IMG/VR virus record: IMGVR_UViG_3300045988_023664
Coordinates: 1 to 57,697 of that record
Strand: one strand, 5' to 3'
DNA from: a virus
Length of the DNA stretch: 57,697 nt
In this document: positions 50,557 through 57,697 of the stretch, piece after piece
How the letters are laid out: each line of letters begins with the position of its first letter
How positions within the stretch are numbered: the stretch's first letter is position 1
The notes under the pieces: model-generated
The model's database searches: none
Seen by the model: the letters and a program-made list of their open reading frames with translations, nothing else
What the model was told of the DNA's origin: nothing
Made by a program: the position numbers and the translations under genes

Positions 50557-51152
50557 TCGCTTTCACCTACTTTCAATAAATCCATAAACTTCTCATACTG
50601 TTTCTGCGATACCTTATTGTTAGCCTTATCTTCTCTCAATTCGATTTTAAGGTGTTTTTCTGCAATATTGGATAATTCCCTTGCAAGATTCTTTCTGCCT
50701 TGCTGTATGCCCTGTAAATAGCCTTTAGGTGCTTTTCTCTCGCCTATCGAACCACTATCACGATTTCCACCCTGCCCGCCAATGCTAACATTTCTAAGCT
50801 GATAGCCTTTATCAGCATATAGTTTGATGTAATACTTCTCTTTCTCGTCAAGCTGGCTTTCGGGAAAATTCAGAAATTCAACTCGCCAACCATAAGGATT
50901 TTTCTCTTTGTCATACAGCTTATGCTTGCGTAAACTAAGGTCTATGTGCTGTTCGTAGCCTACAAGGTGGCTTGCTAATCTCTGCAACACCGACTTAGCC
51001 TGTCCGACATACGCATACTTAAAGCCGTTTTCATCTTTTCGAAGCAAGAAGTATATCCCACTTTTGTCATTCAGCTTTGGATTCAGCTTCAATAGTCGCT
51101 TTTTGTTTTCCTGCTCTATTGTCTTGGCTCTTGCTATGTTCTGATAGTTCAA
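50553..51152 (-). CDS. GIY-YIG nuclease (free-standing homing-endonuclease-like)
   Basis: SGIYFLLRKDENGFKYAYVGQAKSVLQRLASH... fits the GIY...YVG motif. Confidence 0.6.
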   Translation of the reverse strand: MNYQNIARAKTIEQENKKRLLKLNPKLNDKSGIYFLLRKDENGFKYAYVGQAKSVLQRLASHLVGYEQHIDLSLRKHKLYDKEKNPYGWRVEFLNFPESQLDEKEKYYIKLYADKGYQLRNVSIGGQGGNRDSGSIGERKAPKGYLQGIQQGRKNLARELSNIAEKHLKIELREDKANNKVSQKQYEKFMDLLKVGESE

Positions 51153-51571
51153 TTGTTATCACTCCAATCAAATTTTTGACCACAATTCATACAATGAAAG
51201 TAGAAAGTCTTATTATCAGCCGGTATTCTGTCTGTCAAAATTTCTCCACATGTCGGGCAGCACAAGTACTCCTCTTCCAAATCTTCAAAATACTGCTTCA
51301 TGATAGGTTTCTTTGGTATCTGCTTTTCTATCGCCGTCCGGCACTCTTCCAAAGTCCCAATCTTACGATATTGGCGCCAATCACTTAATGCTTCAAAATA
51401 ATTGCTTTTCATATCCTGTAATTCTTCCGGTGTACCAATTTCCCGGTACTGTTGTACTTCTTCAAGTGCCTGTATTGCTAGTTCAGACGCTTCTCTTGAT
51501 ATGTTACTTCCAAATGGCATATCAATATTCTGCTGAAACTCTTTAATTGCTTCATTCTCTGTCATACTCAC
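51149..51571 (-). CDS. Hypothetical protein with a C-terminal zinc ribbon
   Basis: CPTCGE...CMNCGQ. Confidence 0.5.
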   Translation of the reverse strand: MSMTENEAIKEFQQNIDMPFGSNISREASELAIQALEEVQQYREIGTPEELQDMKSNYFEALSDWRQYRKIGTLEECRTAIEKQIPKKPIMKQYFEDLEEEYLCCPTCGEILTDRIPADNKTFYFHCMNCGQKFDWSDNN

Positions 51572-51576
51572 ACCTC

Positions 51577-52005
51577 TTAATTAAATGGTAATCCCTCATC
51601 CGCTACCCCATCTGGAATAGCCATAAAGCTGTCATTACTGCTGTTACCGCCCATAATCCCATTGTTACCACTCTGCTGATTAGTACGGCTTTCGCAGAAC
51701 TCGTGTCTTTCAACAACACAATCATTAGTGTAAACTTTCTGCCCGTCCTTGTTAGTATAGTTGCCTGTCTGCCATCTGCCCTCAACGATAATCTTAGTGC
51801 CTTGATGAAGATACTTCTCTGCAAACTCTCCATTCTTGCCAAATGCAATGCAGTTAATAAAGTCTGCTGCCTGTTCGCCATCTTTCTTGAAAGCTCTGTC
51901 AACAGCTAATGTGTATCTTGCAACTGCCATACTTCCGTTTGCTGTCTGTGAATATCTAACCTCTGGGTCTCTAACAACTCTTCCACATAAAATTACACGA
52001 TTCAT
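51577..52005 (-). CDS. ssb: Single-stranded DNA-binding protein
   Basis: MNRVILCGRVVRDPEVRY...ADFINCIAFGKNGEFAEKYLHQGTKIIVEGRWQTGNY, with the acidic tip DEGLPFN. Confidence 0.9.
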   Translation of the reverse strand: MNRVILCGRVVRDPEVRYSQTANGSMAVARYTLAVDRAFKKDGEQAADFINCIAFGKNGEFAEKYLHQGTKIIVEGRWQTGNYTNKDGQKVYTNDCVVERHEFCESRTNQQSGNNGIMGGNSSNDSFMAIPDGVADEGLPFN

Positions 52006-52056
52006 TACTTTTCCTCACTTTCTACCTTTTCAAATCTCTTTGCCTTAAATAAATAT

Positions 52057-52314
52057 CTATCGTTCATCTATTCCACCTGCCTTTACTATTTCGATTGCTC
52101 TTTTAACAGGAATGAGATAATTATCACTGTTACCGCTTCCATATAGTTTTACTAAAGAGTCCGTTTTTAATTGTTCCACAACCTTATCTACATCATAGGC
52201 AGTGGGATATTTATCCAGTAATAGCAATACTGTATTTGTATTGAGTAAAGTTCCATTACTTAAAGTAACTGATTTCAAATCTTTCTTTAGTTCATCAGCG
52301 TCAATCAATCCCAT
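52057..52314 (-). CDS. Hypothetical protein, paralog of 48480..48719
   Basis: ATG at 52314 after AGGAGGA. Sequence starts MGLIDADELKK...PTAYDVDKVVEQLK... Confidence 0.55.
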   Translation of the reverse strand: MGLIDADELKKDLKSVTLSNGTLLNTNTVLLLLDKYPTAYDVDKVVEQLKTDSLVKLYGSGNSDNYLIPVKRAIEIVKAGGIDER

Positions 52315-52492
52315 TGTTTGTCCTCCTGTTCCAGTGTTGAATAGCTTCTTCATCAGAGAAAAATGCTTTTCCCATAGTAATGTCACACTCTTCGTTAGCA
52401 CAGCCGACAGTCACCGTTCCATATTCAGCATTAAAGATTATGATTTCTGCTTTTCCACCACAGAACGGACACGGCTTTAATTCTTCATTCAT
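52301..52492 (-). CDS. Lar-family restriction alleviation-like protein
   Basis: ATG at 52492 after GGAGGG. LKPCPFCGGKAEI...VGCANEECD...EEAIQHWNRR is the Lar family pattern. Confidence 0.65.
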   Translation of the reverse strand: MNEELKPCPFCGGKAEIIIFNAEYGTVTVGCANEECDITMGKAFFSDEEAIQHWNRRTNNGID

Positions 52493-52494
52493 TC

Positions 52495-52776
52495 TTAATC
52501 CCTCCAATCTAATACCTGACCACATTGCTCACAATATTTGATGTCGGTATTTTTGTAGCCATCATCACACAATATTTCTCCGCAAGTAGGGCAATACCAT
52601 TCAAACGGAATTCTCTCTCCACTGTTTTTTACTTTCTTCGGTATCTGCTTTTCAAGTGCCTTGTCTGCTAATTCAAAAGCGTCTCGAATGGCATTATCCT
52701 TAAAGTTTTTTGATATTTGATAACCATAAGCATTGTAAATATGTTGTAGTAGCACTCTAGCATCTGTATTTTCCAT
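52495..52776 (-). CDS. Hypothetical zinc-ribbon protein
   Basis: CPTCGE...CEQCGQ. Confidence 0.5.
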   Translation of the reverse strand: MENTDARVLLQHIYNAYGYQISKNFKDNAIRDAFELADKALEKQIPKKVKNSGERIPFEWYCPTCGEILCDDGYKNTDIKYCEQCGQVLDWRD

Positions 52777-52785
52777 ATTTATCTC

Positions 52786-53166
52786 CTATTCCGCTTCTGA
52801 TTGAAGCCATTCCATACAACTAGCTTCTCCTTCGTATTCCTCGCCGAATGTGTTTTTAAATCCGACAAGAAATTCTGCTAATTCTTCATCCGACATATTC
52901 CTTATCTTGTCGGCATTGGTGTGTCTACTGTCACATCTGCAACAAGGCTCATTATCTCTTGAACTGTTGTTATGCTTGCAGTTGCAAGAAATCTTTTCTT
53001 CACTATCATCAAATGCCTTTAAAAACATTTCAGCAATTTCTTTCTCGTATCTGCCACACATACCTTTGCAATCAATATCCGCAATAACCCTTGAAAAGAA
53101 ATCTTTGAATTTGTCAACAATATAATCTCCTGTGAAATCTTTAGGTATATTAATCTTAATCTCCAT
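52786..53166 (-). CDS. Hypothetical Cys-rich protein
   Basis: ORF in an operon. Confidence 0.5.
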   Translation of the reverse strand: MEIKINIPKDFTGDYIVDKFKDFFSRVIADIDCKGMCGRYEKEIAEMFLKAFDDSEEKISCNCKHNNSSRDNEPCCRCDSRHTNADKIRNMSDEELAEFLVGFKNTFGEEYEGEASCMEWLQSEAE

Positions 53167-53738
53167 TATTCTCCGCCTCTCAATTCTTTCAGTTTTGCTT
53201 CGGCTTCGGCTTTTATTAGGAATATTTTGTCCTTAAAGTCTTTTAGATAGCATCTGAAACTATATGTAATTCCACTTTCACAATCAAAATATAAAAGCCC
53301 ATCTTTGTCAAATCCCATATATGTGACTTTATAATCTCTTAATCCAAAGCAACTATAATTCCATACTGTATCTCCTACCTTACAAGGCAGTTTCAAAAGT
53401 CTGCCCTGCTCTTCTAAGTCCTCATATTCTTTCAGCTTTTCTCTTAAATCAGCCATAGCCCATAAATTGCGATAAAACAAGGCTAACAGTCCTATCTGAC
53501 TATCCACTTCAACCGACAGCATTTCAGCCATATATTCGTCAAATTCTTCATCTGACATATCCGATAAATCTTCATCGCACATATCTTTTGCAAGATTTTT
53601 GACAAGTTCTCGGCTATCAATATCAAGTTCATAATTCCTGTATCTTGCCTTACATTTTTCATCTGCATAGCAGCTGTTATACACTAATTCAAGCATATCC
53701 ATATCAGATGTTGGTTTGTTACTTGTTAATCTCTCCAT
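53166..53738 (-). CDS. Hypothetical protein
   Basis: ORF in an operon. Confidence 0.5.
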   Translation of the reverse strand: MERLTSNKPTSDMDMLELVYNSCYADEKCKARYRNYELDIDSRELVKNLAKDMCDEDLSDMSDEEFDEYMAEMLSVEVDSQIGLLALFYRNLWAMADLREKLKEYEDLEEQGRLLKLPCKVGDTVWNYSCFGLRDYKVTYMGFDKDGLLYFDCESGITYSFRCYLKDFKDKIFLIKAEAEAKLKELRGGE

Positions 53739-53799
53739 TTCTACTCCTTTCTACCACACAGGGTAATAATTTCCTTAATTGTTCGCTGTACCTCGAAAT

Positions 53800-54417
53800 T
53801 TAATATTGAAAGTCTCTATTTGAAATGAAATTCTTGATTTGTTCATTTTCAATGATTACAAATTCCGCTAAGAACTTATCCCAATCTTTTATTGATTTAT
53901 CAACATAATCATCTGTTTCTTCATCATAAACACTGAACCAAGATTCCACATTGTCATCAACAGAAGTATTCTTAAAAACAAAATAAGGATATTCTTTCTC
54001 GTCTAAAGCGGATATGTTATCTGCAATTTCGTTAAATCTTTCAATAATATGTTCTCTTTCTAACACTGATAAATTATCCTTATCAGATTTATCATAGCCC
54101 TTATTCTGCTCAACAAATTTGCAGATATTGTAAGCAATACAATCTTTGTCTTTTGTAAAGAAAATCTGCTGATTGCTTAATTCCCAGCAAATTCGGTCTG
54201 ATGTATTTGTGGAATTGTTCATTTTTGTATTTATTTTCTTCCAAACATCTGCACCGTGCATTCCAATAACACTTTGAATATATCCCATAACTTTAGGGAG
54301 TGTCTTGTCCGAAAGCACTCCCCATACAACAGGACCAAACCACCAAGAATTTTCATACTCACAAAGTATTTCGCCTGTATAATCAGCTTTAATTCCATAT
54401 AAGCTACTATAACTCAT
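53800..54417 (-). CDS. Hypothetical protein
   Basis: ORF in an operon. Confidence 0.5.
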   Translation of the reverse strand: MSYSSLYGIKADYTGEILCEYENSWWFGPVVWGVLSDKTLPKVMGYIQSVIGMHGADVWKKINTKMNNSTNTSDRICWELSNQQIFFTKDKDCIAYNICKFVEQNKGYDKSDKDNLSVLEREHIIERFNEIADNISALDEKEYPYFVFKNTSVDDNVESWFSVYDEETDDYVDKSIKDWDKFLAEFVIIENEQIKNFISNRDFQY

Positions 54418-54447
54418 ATAATCTCCTTTCTAAAACGGACACGCATT

Positions 54448-54672
54448 TTAATAACCGCCTGCCTCTTTCATAACTCGTTTAAACTCCTTATCAGAAATGC
54501 CGTATATCTCGATATATTCATATTCAGGTGCAAACAATACAAGTATGTCATCCTTATCATAAATAGGCATTCGGAAATCTGGCATAATTGACGGTGTATC
54601 AAACATTTGTATTCCACTTTCAAAATGTGCCTTTAGAAATTCAATTAGCTTTTCTATTCTCAAAACGGGCAT
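54448..54672 (-). CDS. Hypothetical protein
   Basis: ORF in an operon. Confidence 0.5.
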   Translation of the reverse strand: MPVLRIEKLIEFLKAHFESGIQMFDTPSIMPDFRMPIYDKDDILVLFAPEYEYIEIYGISDKEFKRVMKEAGGY

Positions 54673-55393
54673 TCATCTCCTTTCCTTAAAATCCAACTCT
54701 TACCCTGTTCTGCAATATCTACATTCGCCCCATTTACGGCATTTTTCATCTTGGCAATAAAACTATCCTTATCAGCATTTTCACTTGATAAATGGCACAT
54801 TATGACGTTCTGCAGGCTGTCTGAATCGTTAGCCTTGACAAAATCACAAGCGGTATCAATGGATAAATGACCTCTTAAAACGTGATTAGCTTTCGGATTG
54901 TCGGTATCAACTAAATCCTTGTCATAATTCACACCTAAGAGAATGTAGTTTATATCTTTGAAACGCCACTTAATCAGCTCTGTGTCGGTTATGTAAAGTA
55001 ACTTACCCATTTCCTTATGTGTTATCAGAAATCCGTAACAAGGGCATTCCGTTCCGTCTGCGTTAGTGTGTGTCCAATGATTATCTATCGTTGTTAGTGC
55101 AAATGCCTGTATCATAAATCCACCATATTTCATTGCATCACGATACTTGTTAGGATTTGTATATGGTGTGAATACAGGTATTCCCATAGCTTTAAATTCG
55201 TTTAATGACTTTGAATGGTCTAGAGGTGGGTGTGACTTATAATCACACCCTTTATCCCCCTTATATCCCAGTTCAAGCCTTTCTTAATCTCCTTAATCGG
55301 TATTCCGCAATCAAGGATAAGTGTTTCTCCACTGTCGGAAGTTAAGGTGTAGCAATTTCCTGTACTTCCTGTGGCTATACAATGCAATCGCAT
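54660..55393 (-). pseudogene. MBL-fold metallo-hydrolase interrupted by a frameshift inside the HxHxDH motif
   Basis: ATG at 55393 after GGAGAGG gives MRLHCIATGSTGNCYTLTSDSGETLILDCG...GVIISHTHL then TAG (about 55220-55222). The frame two nucleotides ahead continues LDHSKSLNEFKAMGIPVF..., which is the track ORF 54660..55187. An extra CT in cacCTCTagac breaks the frame. Confidence 0.7.
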
Positions 55394-55404
55394 ATTCCTC
55401 TCCT

Positions 55405-55638
55405 TTACTCGCTACTTCGCAAAAACGATAATAATTTTTCTGTACAATCAGCACAAAGGTCGTATCTATAATCTACATATGAATAACCATCTGGATTGCC
55501 GTAAAACATTGAATGAAAGCGCAGTCGATTTTCTTTTTTGATACCATATTTAAAATATCCAGCCCATTTAGACAAGCTGTACTCAAAAGGCTTTCCACAT
55601 CTATCACATTTACAGATTTTTTCAACCGACATACTCAC
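55405..55638 (-). CDS. Zinc-ribbon protein
   Basis: CDRCG...CADC. Confidence 0.5.
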   Translation of the reverse strand: MSMSVEKICKCDRCGKPFEYSLSKWAGYFKYGIKKENRLRFHSMFYGNPDGYSYVDYRYDLCADCTEKLLSFLRSSE

Positions 55639-55979
55639 ACCTCGATTTCATCATCCTGCGGGAACTGAAAGTACTCTGTTGTAGCTTTCTGAAATTGTTC
55701 CTCGCTCAAAATACTCTGTACTTCTTCAAAACGCTTTGAACCAGCTATGCAATGATAAAACTCATTATTTTCATATGATTTTCTAAGCATTTTCATAGCT
55801 TTAAGTGCCTTTTCTTCAGTGGAATAAGTTGCAATAAGACTGTTCATAAACACTTCCGGTGGCTCTGCGACATTTTTAACTGCAACAATTCCATAATTCC
55901 CACCACCACTATTTAATATTGAAAAAACAAAATCTTCATAAGGAATATCTATTTCTCCAATCTGTGATATTACTCTCAT
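55635..55979 (-). CDS. Hypothetical protein
   Basis: ATG at 55979 after AGGAGA. Confidence 0.5.
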   Translation of the reverse strand: MRVISQIGEIDIPYEDFVFSILNSGGGNYGIVAVKNVAEPPEVFMNSLIATYSTEEKALKAMKMLRKSYENNEFYHCIAGSKRFEEVQSILSEEQFQKATTEYFQFPQDDEIEV

Positions 55980-55989
55980 ATCAATTCTC

Positions 55990-56244
55990 CTAATAAGATA
56001 AATTAATAACAATGAATGGGTCTTTATGCCAAGTTCTCTTGTGTATTGGCTCATAATCGTCAATATCATCAAAATCTACATCATCGTCAAAACTTGCTGT
56101 AACTGTCACTTCCTGCGTGTCGTTTCCATTCTCTCTGTCAAATTCTGCTTCAACGTCAGTGTCATATTCAGCTTCACAGTGAAACTTAACTTCTGTATCT
56201 GCATTATACTGACTTAATTCCTGTATTAATTCGTATACTGTCAT
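55990..56244 (-). CDS. Hypothetical acidic protein
   Basis: ATG at 56244 after AGGAGA. Confidence 0.5.
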   Translation of the reverse strand: MTVYELIQELSQYNADTEVKFHCEAEYDTDVEAEFDRENGNDTQEVTVTASFDDDVDFDDIDDYEPIHKRTWHKDPFIVINLSY

Positions 56245-56254
56245 ATCTAATCTC

Positions 56255-57148
56255 CTATTCTGCCTGCATAAATGGTGGCAACGTGCTGTCTGTTTGTTCT
56301 TCAACCACTGCTCCCTGCACAACCTCTGTATCTGCTACAACATCCGCATCCTCAAATTCAACCGAATTGGCATTGCTTGCAATATCGTATTCAACATCTG
56401 CCTGCATACGCTCGTCATAGGCTGGAATATCCTCGTCGCTGTCATAGTTTCCGCCATAGAACGAACCATAAGTATTGTTAATCTGCTTTAACAGCCTGTT
56501 CTTAACAGTTTTCATAGCCATTTGGTCTGTAAATTTCTGGTGTGTGCCGTTTCCGTTCTCTTTATAACCAAATCCCTGTTTCCAAGCCTGTTTAATTTGC
56601 TTGATATTCATAACCTCTGTGAGAATGCTTCCGTCATCCATAGTAGCTATTGCGTAAGCACCCTTAACCTTATCGTTGTCGATGTTTTCAAAATCCTGTT
56701 TGTGAGTGACAATGTGCTTCCTGCCATTAACAATCTCATACTCGAATGTATCGCCCTCATAGATAACTTCTGCTGTTATGTCTTTTAAGCCGTATCTTCT
56801 AGCAATGCAAGTATTTCCGTACACTGATTTCTGGCACTGCAACTTACCGCCATAGGCAACCGGATAGCACTGTTTCTTCTGCATTGATAAACCGCTTGTA
56901 ACCATTTCCACAAGTGCATTTTCAATACTTGCCCTTGTACAGCTCTTTAATACTGGCTGTTTGTTATTATCTACTGTGTCCTGTAAAATCAGCATTGCCG
57001 ACATAAATTCATTCGTATAATTGTAATCTTTAGGGAATGTAAGTCCGAATTTCTCTTTCTCTCTGACTTTCATTACCATTCCCTCTGTAAAATCCTTAGC
57101 GACAAGTTCTCTCTTTTCACTTTCTGCTACTGCTGTTGTTTCTGCCAT
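56255..57148 (-). CDS. recT: RecT-family single-strand annealing protein
   Basis: ...CTRASIENALVEMVTSGLSMQKKQCYPVAYGGKLQCQKSVYG...AEVIYEGDTFEY...KGAYAIA...MAMKTVKNRLLK. Confidence 0.8.
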   Translation of the reverse strand: MAETTAVAESEKRELVAKDFTEGMVMKVREKEKFGLTFPKDYNYTNEFMSAMLILQDTVDNNKQPVLKSCTRASIENALVEMVTSGLSMQKKQCYPVAYGGKLQCQKSVYGNTCIARRYGLKDITAEVIYEGDTFEYEIVNGRKHIVTHKQDFENIDNDKVKGAYAIATMDDGSILTEVMNIKQIKQAWKQGFGYKENGNGTHQKFTDQMAMKTVKNRLLKQINNTYGSFYGGNYDSDEDIPAYDERMQADVEYDIASNANSVEFEDADVVADTEVVQGAVVEEQTDSTLPPFMQAE

Positions 57149-57150
57149 AA

Positions 57151-57697
57151 TTAGTTTTCCTCCACTTCTTTAAATTCGCCATCTACCAGTTTATAGAATA
57201 TATCTTCCTTGATACGCTCTCCGTCAACGTATTCGGTCTTAACGCATTTAGGAATCCAAATGCAGAAGCCTTTTTCATCTTTATCACCCGTTCTTACCCA
57301 TTCAGCAAGTGTTATCCAGCTACCTTTTTTAGCTTTTGCCTGCGACTGATAGCCTGCTGCCATAACAACTGAATGTTTACCCTTAGATGTTATCCGTGCG
57401 TAATTTCCACTTGAACCTATCTGTGCGTAATCTCCACTTGAACCTATCTTTGCGGAATATCCACTTGAACCTATCTTTGCGGAATATCCACTTGAACCTA
57501 TCTGTGCGGAATATCCACTTGAACCTATCTGTGCGTAATCTCCACTTGAACCTATCTTTGCGGAATATCCACTTGAACCTATCTTTGCGGAATATCCACT
57601 TGAACCTATCTGTGCGGAATATCCACTTGAACCTATCTGTGCGGAATCTCCACTTGAACCTATCTGTGCGGAATATCCACTTGAACCTATCTGTGCG
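57151..57697 (-). CDS. C-terminal part of the repeat protein that starts at 605 (9-aa repeats plus a conserved C-domain)
   Basis: The frame is open from 57697: ...SAQIGSSGYSAKIGSSGDYAQIGSSGNYARITSKGKHSVVMAAGYQSQAKAKKGSWITLAEW... to the stop at 57151. The ORF track lists only the ATG-initiated end, 57151..57363. Confidence 0.8.
   Translation of the reverse strand, partial: AQIGSSGYSAQIGSSGDSAQIGSSGYSAQIGSSGYSAKIGSSGYSAKIGSSGDYAQIGSSGYSAQIGSSGYSAKIGSSGYSAKIGSSGDYAQIGSSGNYARITSKGKHSVVMAAGYQSQAKAKKGSWITLAEWVRTGDKDEKGFCIWIPKCVKTEYVDGERIKEDIFYKLVDGEFKEVEEN
57391..57697. repeat. Tandem array of about 11 units of the same 27-bp repeat as at 1-243
   Basis: Read directly. The last unit is truncated after 24 nt by the window end. 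Confidence 0.95.

Noticed and set aside
55215-55230. Programmed frameshift or TAG read-through in the MBL gene
   Set aside because: A -1 slip would give HTHLLDH and break the HxHxDH spacing. TAG read-through runs into TAA nine codons later. A 2-nt insertion or sequencing error in CTCT is the simplest explanation.
1-57697. Genome-wide stop-codon recoding (code 4 or code 15) suggested by the UCA tRNA
   Set aside because: Large genes (1111-aa tail protein, terL, portal, capsid) are intact in the standard code. TAA, TAG and TGA all terminate well-delimited genes, and the tape measure gene ends in TGA-TAA.

Overview
The window looks like an essentially complete genome (about 57.7 kb) of a temperate, low-GC, siphovirus-type phage or prophage. 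The gene content suggests a Clostridia or other Firmicutes host, which is inference. More than 90% of the genes are on the minus strand.

Both window ends fall inside the same 27-bp coding tandem repeat. Joining position 1 to position 57697 keeps one minus-strand ORF in frame, so the molecule is probably circular or circularly permuted.

Modules, following minus-strand transcription from high to low coordinates:
- 57.1-46.0 kb: early, recombination and replication genes. These include RecT, a frameshifted MBL-fold hydrolase, SSB, a GIY-YIG nuclease, a Lar-like protein, a DnaD-like organizer, a G39P-like loader and an HTH protein.
- 46.06-44.81 kb: tyrosine integrase, with a tRNA-3'-end-like attP core at about 44.72 kb.
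- 44.3-41.4 kb: att-proximal cargo cluster of low-complexity, Cys-rich and jelly-roll-like proteins.
- 41.4-38.2 kb: an accessory island. It holds an ImmA-like peptidase, a stand-alone cas5 (type I-B Cas5t-like) cassette, about 0.6 kb of repeat-bearing non-coding DNA, two tRNA-like acceptor/T-arm minihelices, two small plus-strand genes and a small HTH gene.
- 37.2-36.5 kb: terS.
- 36.0-30.7 kb: a 5.9-kb accessory block with MazG, DUF3310, four tRNA genes with long structured spacers, and small Cys-rich proteins.
- 30.6-7.6 kb: terL, portal, scaffold, capsid, connector genes, an embedded holin pair, tail genes, a tape-measure gene, a 2.4-kb moron island, tail tip and fibre genes, and a GH25 endolysin.
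- 7.3-5.3 kb: immunity switch with an XRE repressor on the plus strand and many micro-ORFs.
- 5.3-0.6 kb: Bro-N antirepressor, SleB-like hydrolase, Spo0A-C-like protein, OB-fold protein and an SbcC/Rad50-like ATPase.

The most interesting observations are:
1. The stand-alone cas5 with its own promoter and terminator. It sits next to non-coding DNA carrying ATTGAAAT-ending degenerate repeats, which suggests a candidate protein and/or RNA anti-CRISPR decoy.
2. A 340-nt, ORF-less, hairpin-rich insert that splits the tape-measure gene exactly inside a conserved motif. Its boundaries (U before the 5' junction, G as its last nucleotide, phase 0) fit a group I intron.
3. Two tRNA-like minihelices placed right after small genes.
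4. tRNA genes with unusual anticodon loops, including a possible UCA (opal-reading) species.

Everything here comes from manual reading and translation. Family names are recollection-level and need HMM or BLAST confirmation.
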